Positions 34,490 through 44,153 of a stretch of DNA of 64,000 bases are shown here, piece by piece. The stretch spans positions 241,348 to 305,347 of the forward strand of contig JAGNLW010000002.1 in the NCBI GenBank assembly GCA_017999365.1, in the 5' to 3' direction. The position numbers and the translations under genes were made by a program. Numbering within the stretch: position 1 is the stretch's first letter; every line of letters begins with the position of its first letter. The stretch comes from Candidatus Aminicenantes bacterium. Lineage in GTDB: Bacteria > Acidobacteriota > Aminicenantia > Aminicenantales > Saccharicenantaceae. The notes under the pieces are model-generated. The model was not told the DNA's origin, ran no database searches, and saw nothing but the letters and a program-made list of their open reading frames with translations.

Positions 34490-35590
34490 ATGAGAACGCA
34501 TCCGACCGCGCGCCGCCGGGACGGCGGCTTCACCCTGCTCGAGGTCCTCGTCGGCGGCACGATCATGCTGATGGCCGTCATCGGGGCCCTGCTCATCTAC
34601 GGGCGCAGCAACAAGGTCTCCGTCGAGCAGCAGATGGTCACCGAGGTCCAGAACGACGTCCGGGCCTCGATGTACTTCGTCACCCGGGACCTGCGGATGG
34701 CCGGGGCCGGCCTGCCCGTCGAGTTCTCGGCCTATTACATCGATGGCGTCGACAACGAGGACCAGGGCGGCGGCGAGGTCCAGCCCGACCGGATCACCCT
34801 GATGGGCAACATCGACGACCCGCTCAACCTGCCCATCGACCAGTACCAGGGCTCCTCCGTCACCCTGGACATCCACGACTTCAGCTTCGAGCTCTACGGC
34901 TACCCGGACGAGTTCTACGATAACAAGGTCGTCCTCGTCCTGCCCAATCCGACCTCGAGCTGCCGGGCCGGCGAGGTCCGCCAGATCACCCACGTCACCC
35001 ATAACACGGGCGGGACGACCGAGAAGCTCAACTTCTCCCCCGGCCTGGCCCCCGGCATCGACCCCCCGGGCGGCCTGTCGGGGACCTGCCCCGACGCGAA
35101 CGATTACGACGGCGGTTCGGTCTCGTTCATCAACGTCAAGACCTATTGGCTCGACACGACGGGCAACGCGGCCGGCCTGACCGCCGGGGTCCGCGGCTAC
35201 ATCGGCGGCGGGGTGGGCGGCGTCCTCTACTGCACCCACAACTCCGTCCACTTCCCCATCGCCCGCAACATCGAGAACTTCCAGATCGAGTACAACGGCG
35301 ACATGAACAACGACAGCTTCCTCGACGGCTGGTCGGTCTGGGACGACACCTGGACGCTCGAGGAGGTCGGCCGCATCCAGCAGGTCCGGGTCTGGGTCCT
35401 CGGCCGGACGGCCCAGCCGTTCACGTCCGTCGGCGGGACGCCGCCCGGCGGCATCCACACCTACCGCCGGCCGCTCATCTCCAACAGCCCGGCCGCCGCG
35501 GCCGACGACCGGCACAGGCGGATCCTGCTCGACTCGACCTCCAATATCCGCAACATGAGCCTCAACCTCTATAACCTGGGACAGCGGTGA
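34490..35590 (+). CDS. Minor pilin, PilW-like
   Basis: Contains [16 protein letters not shown]; 366 aa. Its size and position are typical of PilW. Confidence 0.68.
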   Translation: MRTHPTARRRDGGFTLLEVLVGGTIMLMAVIGALLIYGRSNKVSVEQQMVTEVQNDVRASMYFVTRDLRMAGAGLPVEFSAYYIDGVDNEDQGGGEVQPDRITLMGNIDDPLNLPIDQYQGSSVTLDIHDFSFELYGYPDEFYDNKVVLVLPNPTSSCRAGEVRQITHVTHNTGGTTEKLNFSPGLAPGIDPPGGLSGTCPDANDYDGGSVSFINVKTYWLDTTGNAAGLTAGVRGYIGGGVGGVLYCTHNSVHFPIARNIENFQIEYNGDMNNDSFLDGWSVWDDTWTLEEVGRIQQVRVWVLGRTAQPFTSVGGTPPGGIHTYRRPLISNSPAAAADDRHRRILLDSTSNIRNMSLNLYNLGQR

Positions 35591-35600
35591 GGAGCGCGCC

Positions 35601-36155
35601 ATGAGACATCGCCCGATCTTCGCTTCCCGCGAACGGGGCTCCGGCCTCATCGTCGTCATCATGATCGTGGCCTTCATGCTGGCCGTCGGCATGCTCCTCC
35701 TGACCGTCACCGGGACGAGCCCGAAGGCCTCCGACAGCCTGCGCCTCCAGGGCATGGCCTTCGACGCCGCCGAGGCCGGCTTCAACGCCGCCTGGGCCGC
35801 GCTCAACGACGGCTTCAACAGCGGCGTCTACATGTCCTTCGCCGGGCTCTACCGGACGACCTTCGCCGGCGCCGAGGGGCTGGACGACCCGACCCGGCCG
35901 GATTCCTACTTCCGGAACCTGACCGACGAGCAGATCTACAACGACTGCGTCGCCAACCCCGACCCTACGGTCTTGCTCTTCAACGCCGAGCCGCTGGCCA
36001 CCGATACGCGCTGCTCCTACACCGTCTTCCTCATCAGCGACGAACCGCCCAACACCATCGCCCCCAACGACAACGACGCCATCCTCCTCTGCATCGGCCG
36101 GGGTCCGAGGAACACCTTCAAGCGCCTCGAGATCCTCATCGAGTGCCCCCAATAA
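35601..36155 (+). CDS. PilX-like pilus assembly protein
   Basis: Has an N-terminal hydrophobic segment without Glu5 (GSGLIVVIMIVAFML). It lies between the PilW-like and PilY1-like genes. Confidence 0.6.
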   Translation: MRHRPIFASRERGSGLIVVIMIVAFMLAVGMLLLTVTGTSPKASDSLRLQGMAFDAAEAGFNAAWAALNDGFNSGVYMSFAGLYRTTFAGAEGLDDPTRPDSYFRNLTDEQIYNDCVANPDPTVLLFNAEPLATDTRCSYTVFLISDEPPNTIAPNDNDAILLCIGRGPRNTFKRLEILIECPQ

Positions 36156-36165
36156 GGAGGGAGCC

Positions 36166-39100
36166 ATGAAAAAGATCGCCACTCTCGCCCTCGCGGCCGC
36201 CGTCGCCGCCGGGCTGATCGTCCTCACCCCGGGCCAGGCCCAGACGACCACCCCGACCTGTGATATCGTCGCCGGGCCGAGGATCCTCGGCTACCTGGGC
36301 GGCCCGGGCTCGGACTCCTACCTGTCCGAGAAGAACAACGTCGAGAACGACATCTCCCTCCAGGCCATCCGCCTGCGCGGGCTGGGGGCCAATTTCTACG
36401 GCACCAGCAACTATCCGGTGACCTCGAACTACCGGATGACGGCGGCCTCGGCCGACTTCAACCTCGACGGCCTGGACGACCTCGTCCAGGGCGGCCGTGA
36501 CTGCGACAACCACAACTACGTCGCCGGCGACACGAACCTGTCCATCCACATCTGCCGGGGCGTCGATCCCATGGACACGAACCGGTTCCTGTTCGACGCA
36601 GGCTTCTACATCAACTACTACGCGACCATCCCCGGCGGCACCTACGAGATGATCGGCCTGGCCGCCGGCGACTACGACCGCGACGGCGACCCCGACTTCG
36701 CGACCCTCGACTGGAACGGCACGGTCTGGATCTTCTGGAACCGCTTCATCGAGGATTCGCAAAGCCCCGGGGCGGTCCCTCACTTCGACAGCGTCCCCAC
36801 GCCCATCCTGCCGGGCGCCGCGGCCAACTCCAACGTCACCCGGGACAACTACGGCCAGTACGGCACGTCGACGTCCCACTGGCGCTGGGAGACGAACCTG
36901 GCCTCGGGCGACCTCGACAACGACGGCGACCTCGACATCTTCGTGGCCGTGCCGACCAACTGGTACCGCTGGGGCCAGGTCGTCGTCTTCATCAACAACG
37001 GTTCGGGCGTCTTCTCCCGCGGCAACGCCTACAACCCCTACTCGACCTCGACGAGCTTCCTCTACGGCGCCTGCGGCATCGCCGTCGGCGACTACAACAG
37101 CGACGGCCGGCTCGACTTCATCACCTGCTCCGTCAGCGACAGCACGGGCGGCCACCCCGACAGCCGCCTCTACCTCTACCGCGGCGACGGCTTGGGCGGT
37201 TTCACCAAGATCAACGCCCGGACCATCGCCTTCGAGTACGTCAACAGCTACGGCTTCCCCAACTTCCTCCGAGGGGCCGATCTCGACAGCGACGGCGACC
37301 AGGACTTCGTCCTGGCCACCGACGGCTACCTGTCCTCTCCGCTTTGGCGGGGCGGCTACGTCTACTGGTACCGCAACGAGGGCAACGAGACCTTCACCAA
37401 GGTCTGTATCCCGCCCTCCTGCGCCCGGGTCTCGAGCTCAGGCGACAGCGATTCGGGCGCCGTGGGCGACTTCGACGGCGACGGCGACCCCGACTTCTTC
37501 GTCGCCGACGGCAACGACTCGATGCGCTGCTACTTCTTCATGAACAACACCTTCCCTATTTATGTGCCGACGGGCACGGCTTCCTCGCGCAACCGCTTCG
37601 ACTGCAGCTTCCTCGACTCGGACCAGGCGGTCATCTCGGCCACGATCTACGTCACCGAGACCAAGCCGGCCAACACGGGCATCGCCTACTATCTGTCGAA
37701 CTCCAACACCGAAGCCGGCGTGCCGCGCTGGGAAGGCCCGGTCACCCCCGGCGTCGAGTGGAACTTCAACGCCCCCGGCAACTTTCTGCGCTGGCGGGCC
37801 GTCCTCAGCTCGACCAACAATCTGGTCACGCCCAGCCTGCGGCGGGTCGACCTCGACTACAAGTACCTGACCAAGCGCGAGTACTCGCGCACCTCGCAGA
37901 CCCTGGCCATGGTCGACGTCGGCGGCGGCGACGAGAAGGAGGAGATCCTCTACTCGGCCTCCTTCGAGTTCCCCAAGTGGCAGGGCCATCTCCGGTCCTG
38001 GGACGTCACCGACCTCAGCCTGGCCTACACCCGGAACTCCGAGATCAAGGACATCAAGACGGCCGACGCCGTCCTTCTCCGGGACGCCGGCATCGAGCTC
38101 AACGCCAAGTCCTGGTCGGCCCGGACGGTCTATACCGCCCACGACGGCCAGAGCGACGGCCGCTACAACGACCGCATCCGCTTCGCCATCTCCACGATCA
38201 CCACGCTCGACGACTATCTCGGCCTGGGCCAGGACAGCCCCGAGGTGCCCCCCCTGGTCCGGTTCGTCCTGGGCTACAACGACGCCAGCGCCCGAGAGCG
38301 GCCCTGGAAGCTCGGCGACATCAACCACTCCTCGCCGCAGACCCTCCTGCCGCCCAACGACAACGTGGCCCGCATGGGGGCCGGCTACGAGGCCTTCGTC
38401 AACGACAACGCCGACCGGCCCAAGGTCGTCCTGGTCGGGGCCAACGACGGCATGCTCCACTGCTTCGACCCGGTCACCCTCGAGGAGCTCTGGGGCTTCA
38501 TCCCCAACAACCTCCTGCCCAAGCTGCGGCGCATGCGCTACGTCGACCCCGACTGCGGCGAGTACGTCAACCACGAGTTCTTCGTCGACGGCACGCCGGC
38601 CATCCACGACGTCTACTACGGCGGGGCCTGGCGCACGGTCGTCGTCTGCGGCCAGGGCGCCGGTTGGGGCCGCAACAACCTCTGTTATTACTTCTGCCTC
38701 GACGTCACCGATCCCATGAACCCCCAGCCGCTCTGGGAGTTCACCGACGCCGCGACCATCGGCCAGACCTGGTCGACGCCGGCCATCGGCCGTCTCAACG
38801 GCACGGGCCGGTGGGTGGCCGTGTTCGGTTCGGGCTACGACAACAACACGACCGAGGTCGTCGGCAACCGCCTCTACATCGTCGACATCGAGACCGGCGC
38901 GGCCGTCAAGACGATCGAGCTCAGCGAGAACAGAGAATCGAGCCCCTACGGCATCCAGAACACCCTGCCCGGCGCGCCGGCCCTTATCGACTTCGACAGC
39001 GACGGCTACGTCGACGCCGTCTTCATCGGCGACATGCACGGCCGGATGTGGCGCGTCAACCTGACCGAAGCCGTCAATCGCTGGGACGGCGAAGTCATCT

Positions 39101-39765
39101 TCCGAGATCCCTATAAGAACCCCATCATCACCAAACCGGCCGTCGAGATCAACGCCTCCGAGACGTACGCCACGCTCTACTTCGGCACAGGCGGCGACGA
39201 ACTTGCTCCCAACAGCGGTTCTTACGCCTTCTACGCCCTTCGGGCCGCCGTCGACGGGCCGGCTTCGGTCAACTGGTACATGGGACCCGACGCCGTGGCC
39301 GCCAGCCTCGGGATCTCCTCCGTGGCCAAGAAGGGCGAGCTGGGGCAGGGAGAGAAGGTCTGGGCCGACCCGGTCGTCTCGAACCACATCGTCTACATCG
39401 CCACCCTGTTCTACAGCATCGAGAACCTCAATCCCTGCATGACCCTGACCGGCAGCGGCAAGATCTACGCCCGCTACACGATCGGCGACAAGGTCGGCGC
39501 CTCCGCCCTCCTCGGGCAGACGGGCGAGACCATCCAGTCCCTCTACACCAAGCAGAAGGTCCGCTCGGCCGTCGTCCTGGGCGAGATCCAGGCGGTCCAG
39601 CAGGGCGGCCAGCCGGCCATCAACAAGCAGAAGGTCTTCATCCAGGACTATACGGCGCCCGCCGGCGAGGGGCCGGAGCCGCCGAGCGAGGTCCTGGCCA
39701 TCTCCGTCCAGGCCTCCAAGCTGCTCATTAAGCAGTGGCGGGAGATCTACCGCATCATCCGCTAG
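36166..39765 (+). CDS. pilY1: PilY1-like pilus tip protein with N-terminal FG-GAP/VCBS repeats
   Basis: After a signal peptide there are at least six D.D.DG..D FG-GAP-like repeats, including GDYDRDGDPDF, GDLDNDGDLDIF, GDYNSDGRLDF, DLDSDGDQDF and GDFDGDGDPDFF. The C-terminal part has PilY1 hallmarks: LVGANDGMLHCFD and DFDSDGYVDAVFIGDMHGRMWRVNL. Confidence 0.8.
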   Translation: MKKIATLALAAAVAAGLIVLTPGQAQTTTPTCDIVAGPRILGYLGGPGSDSYLSEKNNVENDISLQAIRLRGLGANFYGTSNYPVTSNYRMTAASADFNLDGLDDLVQGGRDCDNHNYVAGDTNLSIHICRGVDPMDTNRFLFDAGFYINYYATIPGGTYEMIGLAAGDYDRDGDPDFATLDWNGTVWIFWNRFIEDSQSPGAVPHFDSVPTPILPGAAANSNVTRDNYGQYGTSTSHWRWETNLASGDLDNDGDLDIFVAVPTNWYRWGQVVVFINNGSGVFSRGNAYNPYSTSTSFLYGACGIAVGDYNSDGRLDFITCSVSDSTGGHPDSRLYLYRGDGLGGFTKINARTIAFEYVNSYGFPNFLRGADLDSDGDQDFVLATDGYLSSPLWRGGYVYWYRNEGNETFTKVCIPPSCARVSSSGDSDSGAVGDFDGDGDPDFFVADGNDSMRCYFFMNNTFPIYVPTGTASSRNRFDCSFLDSDQAVISATIYVTETKPANTGIAYYLSNSNTEAGVPRWEGPVTPGVEWNFNAPGNFLRWRAVLSSTNNLVTPSLRRVDLDYKYLTKREYSRTSQTLAMVDVGGGDEKEEILYSASFEFPKWQGHLRSWDVTDLSLAYTRNSEIKDIKTADAVLLRDAGIELNAKSWSARTVYTAHDGQSDGRYNDRIRFAISTITTLDDYLGLGQDSPEVPPLVRFVLGYNDASARERPWKLGDINHSSPQTLLPPNDNVARMGAGYEAFVNDNADRPKVVLVGANDGMLHCFDPVTLEELWGFIPNNLLPKLRRMRYVDPDCGEYVNHEFFVDGTPAIHDVYYGGAWRTVVVCGQGAGWGRNNLCYYFCLDVTDPMNPQPLWEFTDAATIGQTWSTPAIGRLNGTGRWVAVFGSGYDNNTTEVVGNRLYIVDIETGAAVKTIELSENRESSPYGIQNTLPGAPALIDFDSDGYVDAVFIGDMHGRMWRVNLTEAVNRWDGEVIFRDPYKNPIITKPAVEINASETYATLYFGTGGDELAPNSGSYAFYALRAAVDGPASVNWYMGPDAVAASLGISSVAKKGELGQGEKVWADPVVSNHIVYIATLFYSIENLNPCMTLTGSGKIYARYTIGDKVGASALLGQTGETIQSLYTKQKVRSAVVLGEIQAVQQGGQPAINKQKVFIQDYTAPAGEGPEPPSEVLAISVQASKLLIKQWREIYRIIR

Positions 39766-39875
39766 CGCCCGCCCTCCGTCGAACGATGACAGCCCGTCCC
39801 GGCCCCGGCCGGGACGGGCTTTTTCTTGCGGATTTGACAGGACCGGAGGGCGGGCGGATAATGGTCGTGATGCCC

Positions 39876-40430
39876 ATGAAAAGAATCCTCATCGTCGTCG
39901 CCGTCCTCGGATTGGCCGCCTCCCTGAGCGCCCAGAGCCTCGTCGAACTGGCCAAGCGCGAGAAGGAGCGCCGCGAGGCCCTCAAGGACCGTCACGCCGC
40001 CGTCATCACCAACCGGGACCTCCTCCGGGTCAAGAAAGTCCCCGCTGTCGAGGTCGGCCTGCCGCCGGGCGGGTTCGACGATACCTTGTATACGGAGTCG
40101 TGGCCCGAGGCCGGCCAGGAGCCGCCTATGGCGGGGACGGGCCCGGCCGGTGGAGCCGTTCCGGGCGAGGTCGCCGAAGGCGGCGGGCCGCTCGAGGAAC
40201 AGCTGCGGGTCGTCGACGAGGTCGTCGAGGGCCTGACCCAGGAGATGAACGCCCTCCGCCAGCAGTTCGAGGCCCAGAACACGATGGTCCCCGGTTCCGT
40301 CATCCAGCAGCAGATGGAGGAGACGAACCTGCGGCTCGAGCAGGCCAAGACCCGGCAGGCCGGCATCCGGGCCAAGATGGAGCGGCAGGGGATCCCCGTC
40401 AAGAAGGTCGCCGAGCCCGAGATCCGCTAG
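39876..40430 (+). CDS. Secreted coiled-coil protein (paralogue B)
   Basis: This is the tail of track ORF 39735..40430. The start is the ATG at 39876 (MKRIL); 39861 and 39870 are also possible. After a signal peptide comes AQSLVELAKREKERREALKDRHAAVITNRDLLRVKKVPAVE. Confidence 0.6.
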   Translation: MKRILIVVAVLGLAASLSAQSLVELAKREKERREALKDRHAAVITNRDLLRVKKVPAVEVGLPPGGFDDTLYTESWPEAGQEPPMAGTGPAGGAVPGEVAEGGGPLEEQLRVVDEVVEGLTQEMNALRQQFEAQNTMVPGSVIQQQMEETNLRLEQAKTRQAGIRAKMERQGIPVKKVAEPEIR

Positions 40431-41161
40431 ATCTCGCGGGACCTTTTCCCCGCCATCCCCGTCTCCCCCGTCCCTCCCCCCGATATGGCCGCCCGGACCC
40501 TGTCCATGAGCTCCGGCATGGTCTCGACGGTGAGGCCGGCCGTCGGCAACGCCTCGTGGAACACGATCCCGACCCGTCCCGGGCGCGCCGTGGATCGCCC
40601 TTTGGGCATGAGCTCGCCCGAGCCGGTGACGGTGACGGGAACGATGGGCGCGCCGGTCTCCAGGGCCAGGAAGAAGCCGCCCCGCCGGAACGGCCCGAGC
40701 CGGCCGTCGAGGCTGCGCGTCCCCTCGGGGAAGATGAGGTAGGAATACCCGCGCTCCTTCATGAACGCGGCGGCCCGGGCGATGCTCTTCTTGCCGCCTT
40801 CGACGCCCCTTCGGTCGACAGGCACGAAGCCGACGAAACGCATGGCCGTGCCGACGAGAGGGACGCGCAGGATGGACCTCTTGAGGATGACCCGGGCGGC
40901 GCCCGGGATGGCCAGCATGACCAGGGGCCCGTCGAGGAAGCTCGTGTGGTTCGGCATGTAGATCCGGGGCGTCCCCGGCGCGAGGGCCGCGGCCCCGGAG
41001 ACGTCCAGGGAGATGCCGGCGATGCGCCGGCAGACGCGGGCGATGCCCAGCCCGAAGGCGAGGAGAGGCTCCCGTAAGCCGGCGGCCAGGCAGACGAGGA
41101 CGAACGGCAGCCCGGCCAGGACCGCGAGAACGGCGAACGCGACGGCGAGGGTGGAGCGCAT
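40427..41161 (-). CDS. plsC: 1-acyl-sn-glycerol-3-phosphate acyltransferase
   Basis: Has the HX4D motif NHTSFLD, plus FPEGTRS. Confidence 0.85.
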   Translation of the reverse strand: MRSTLAVAFAVLAVLAGLPFVLVCLAAGLREPLLAFGLGIARVCRRIAGISLDVSGAAALAPGTPRIYMPNHTSFLDGPLVMLAIPGAARVILKRSILRVPLVGTAMRFVGFVPVDRRGVEGGKKSIARAAAFMKERGYSYLIFPEGTRSLDGRLGPFRRGGFFLALETGAPIVPVTVTGSGELMPKGRSTARPGRVGIVFHEALPTAGLTVETMPELMDRVRAAISGGGTGETGMAGKRSREI

Positions 41162-41225
41162 AAAAGGATCACAATGATAGCACAGGCCTGGCTCTCATAG
41201 AAATATATCGAGCCATTCAATCAAG

Positions 41226-41278
41226 CCTTACGTCACGCCTTACGTCACGCTTGACACAAATCGAAATTATTCTATATC
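41226..41278 (+). promoter_or_regulatory. Tandem 12-mer (ccttacgtcacg x2) followed by a sigma-70-type promoter (TTGACA-N16-TATATC)
   Basis: The repeat units are at 41226-37 and 41238-49. ttgaca is at 41251-56 and tatatc at 41273-78, upstream of the sulfatase-family gene. Confidence 0.4.
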
Positions 41279-41356
41279 CTTTGCGGGATCGGAGCCTGTG
41301 ACATCAACGTAAATCGGGACCTGATCTCGGGTTCCGGAGTTTAAGGGACAATTTCG

Positions 41357-43360
41357 ATGAAAACCACGCGAGATGAGTCTGAAGCGAAACTGCTTAAGTT
41401 GAGCTACTTCTTATATGCCGGGTTGCTCCTCACGGAATTGGCCGTCAAGGCTCTGGCGGTATACGGGATGTTTTCCGGTCACAAGGTGACATCCTCTATC
41501 GTTTCCAGGGCTGGCACCGGCTTATGGATGCTCATTTCACATCTCGTCCTTTATGCTATCAAGGTGTCCGCGATATATTTCGTTTTTGCCGTTCTTAACG
41601 CTCATTTCGTCCTCTCACTTGCTCGCTGGCTCTCCCAAAGAAAGCCACACTGGGGACCGTTCAAGGATATCTTGGCTTTTTTATCGGTCCACCTATCGTT
41701 CTTAGCCATCGTCTACGCCATTAATGCCTATTACTATCCTACTTCCGCATTAGCCTCCGGCATACCCGGATTCATCAAAGAAGGAACGGGACACACCGCA
41801 ATCGGCACGGTCCTCATGGGAATGTTAGCGTTCTATGCGGTGGTGTTCATCCTTTTTCTTCTGAATCTTCGCCGCAAAATATTGGCTTGGGCGGCGATTT
41901 CGCTGGTTGCGCTCCTGTTCCTGGCATCCCTCGATCCCGTGCACCTGGCCAAGGGGTTGTTCCCCCGTCCGGCAGCGAACCGTAACACAGGCCCCAACGT
42001 CGTCTTCATCGGCCTGGACTCGTTAAACCCCCTCCATACCGGATATTCGGGATATCCGTTGCCGATCAGCCCGAATCTGGATGCATTCCTTGAGAAAAGT
42101 CTGTACTTCAAGAACGCATACACACCGATCGCAAGGACTTTTCCGGCCTGGTACTCGATCTTGACCGGGCAGTATCCGAAGTCCTCGGGAGTCCGCCTCA
42201 ATCTCATGAAAAGGAAGTATATTAGATCCAAGGACCAATGCTTGGGTCACGCCCTCGGCCGCGAAGGCTATAAGACGCTTCATTTCACGGACGAGGTCCG
42301 GTTCAGCAACATAACGGCCGAAGACGGTTTCGACCATCTGGCCCATCCTCCGATGGGGATCTTGGATTTCGTCTTCGGGAGCATTCACGATTTCAGTCTC
42401 ACGAACGTTTTCTTCAACAACCCCCTCGGCTACGGCATCTTCCCTTTTCTTAAGAACAACCGGGCGGTATCCCATCTTTATGACGGGCGCTATTTTATGA
42501 ACTCGATCGAGGACACGATCGCGGCGCTAAAAAATGAGGAGAATTTCTTTCTGACGGTACACCTCTGCCTCGCCCACTGGCCCTATTTTCATGCGTCCCC
42601 ACACACCTTCGACCCCGTTCCCGGGACGGACCCCCAGATGTCCTTTTATGATTCCGCGGTATTCAAGGTCGATCAACAATTGGGCCGCATTCTGGGAGCC
42701 CTGCATCGCCATGGACTCTATGACAATTCGATCATCGTCGTGCTTTCAGACCACGGGGAATCCGTCGAGGGACATGGCTCGGATCTCAAGGAATCGGAGC
42801 AAAACCGGACGCTCCTGGCCTGGAAACCGACCGAGAACCTGCCGCATCGGGAGATCGACACTCTGGTCCGGACTATCGATATCGCGCCAACCGTCATGGA
42901 TTCGCTTGGATTGCCTCTGGACGGAATGAATTATGACGGCGCGAGCCTGCGCCCCCTTTTTACGACATCGGCTCAGTCGGAAGAAGCTCGGGATGAATCC
43001 GTGTTCATGGAGACGGAATTCTCGTTGGATACCCCGGGAGGGATCGGGCTTGCGGTACAATCCATGATCGAACAAGGGATAGATTTCTATGAATTCGATA
43101 AAACAGGCCTAATCACCGTTCGCGATGAATATCACGACATACTCATCCGGCGTCGGAACCGGGCCTTCCTGACGCCGGAATGGAAGCTGATCGCAGAAGT
43201 CCTTGTTCGGGGAGAAAAGGAGCGATTCCATTTTTCTCTATTCGACATCCGGAAGGACCCATCTTGCACGCATGATGTCGCCGACGAACACCCCGATATA
43301 TATAGCTATTTTTCCAATCGTATGCGCTCCTATTATGGACCTGAGATTGCCGGCAAGTAG
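41357..43360 (+). CDS. Membrane-anchored sulfatase/alkaline-phosphatase-superfamily protein
   Basis: The N-terminal ~190 aa is multi-TM. The sulfatase-type domain follows (VVFIGLDSLNPLHTGYSGYP, VVLSDHGES). G+C is visibly lower than in the flanks. Confidence 0.8.
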   Translation: MKTTRDESEAKLLKLSYFLYAGLLLTELAVKALAVYGMFSGHKVTSSIVSRAGTGLWMLISHLVLYAIKVSAIYFVFAVLNAHFVLSLARWLSQRKPHWGPFKDILAFLSVHLSFLAIVYAINAYYYPTSALASGIPGFIKEGTGHTAIGTVLMGMLAFYAVVFILFLLNLRRKILAWAAISLVALLFLASLDPVHLAKGLFPRPAANRNTGPNVVFIGLDSLNPLHTGYSGYPLPISPNLDAFLEKSLYFKNAYTPIARTFPAWYSILTGQYPKSSGVRLNLMKRKYIRSKDQCLGHALGREGYKTLHFTDEVRFSNITAEDGFDHLAHPPMGILDFVFGSIHDFSLTNVFFNNPLGYGIFPFLKNNRAVSHLYDGRYFMNSIEDTIAALKNEENFFLTVHLCLAHWPYFHASPHTFDPVPGTDPQMSFYDSAVFKVDQQLGRILGALHRHGLYDNSIIVVLSDHGESVEGHGSDLKESEQNRTLLAWKPTENLPHREIDTLVRTIDIAPTVMDSLGLPLDGMNYDGASLRPLFTTSAQSEEARDESVFMETEFSLDTPGGIGLAVQSMIEQGIDFYEFDKTGLITVRDEYHDILIRRRNRAFLTPEWKLIAEVLVRGEKERFHFSLFDIRKDPSCTHDVADEHPDIYSYFSNRMRSYYGPEIAGK

Positions 43361-43448
43361 GAACCCGAATCCTCTCTTCAACATGGAAATAGATCACGGC
43401 CAGGCATATCCAGGCTTTTAATTCATAAAGAGCGCCGATATAAAAAAT

Positions 43449-43474
43449 GAGGGGGCGGCCGAAGCCGCCCCCTC
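43449..43474 (-). terminator. Intrinsic terminator of pilA
   Basis: GAGGGGGCGGC-cgaa-GCCGCCCCCTC is a perfect 11-bp stem. On the minus strand it is followed by ATTTTTTAT. Confidence 0.75.
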
Positions 43475-43500
43475 GGGAAGAATTCGATAAGGACTTAGCG

Positions 43501-44061
43501 TCAGCTGCCGGAGGCGCCAACGTTCGTGCGGGGACCGATGACCCAGTTCCCACCCCAGGCCACCAGGTCGTTGTCGAACGAGGTCATCCCTTGGACAGGG
43601 TAGAACCCGGCGGTAGGCGTCGCCGGATCATACACGAGCGTCCCGAGCGCCTGATCTCTTCCGGTCGAGGCGATGACGAAATCATCGACACCGAAGTCAT
43701 CGGTGGCAGCCGCACAATAGTCGCCCGGATCGTCGCCAAGCCAAACCCGATAGTGCCCGTTCCAGGGGTCATAGATGGGGATGGTCTTGACATAGAAGGA
43801 GCCGAGCTCGGTAGGAAAAGTACCCGCTCCCGTCGCCATTGCGGCACCGCCGGGATTCGCGATCCCCGTCCAATCACCGTGGTCGGTGATGTAGTCGGCG
43901 GCGGCCGTGGACATGGTCATGATCTCCTTCATGGCCGATTTCTGCTTGGCCTTCTGCATGGCGGCCAGAGCGTTCGGGATGAGGAGAGCGGCCAGGATGC
44001 CGATGATCGCGACGACGATCAGCAGCTCGATGAGGGTGAAGCCTCTCATCTTCTTGATCAT
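43501..44061 (-). CDS. pilA: Type IV major pilin / GspG-like pseudopilin
   Basis: Starts MIKKMRGFTLIELLIVVAIIGILAALLIP and also contains DPWNGHY. An AGGAGG Shine-Dalgarno precedes it, and it lies next to pilR/pilS. Confidence 0.8.
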   Translation of the reverse strand: MIKKMRGFTLIELLIVVAIIGILAALLIPNALAAMQKAKQKSAMKEIMTMSTAAADYITDHGDWTGIANPGGAAMATGAGTFPTELGSFYVKTIPIYDPWNGHYRVWLGDDPGDYCAAATDDFGVDDFVIASTGRDQALGTLVYDPATPTAGFYPVQGMTSFDNDLVAWGGNWVIGPRTNVGASGS

Positions 44062-44138
44062 TGAAAACCTCCTTTAAATTCCCTGGCTGATCTCCTCAGC
44101 CGGGTTATTTGCCACTCATAGTTGGCACCCCTATTATA

Positions 44139-44153
44139 GCAAGTTGCGTGCCA
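44139..44153 (-). promoter_or_regulatory. Sigma-54 (-24/-12) promoter of pilA
   Basis: The minus strand reads TGGCAC-GCAAC-TTGC, an exact match to the TGGCAC-N5-TTGC consensus. It lies ~78 nt upstream of the pilA ATG, and a sigma-54 activator gene (pilR) is adjacent. Confidence 0.72.
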
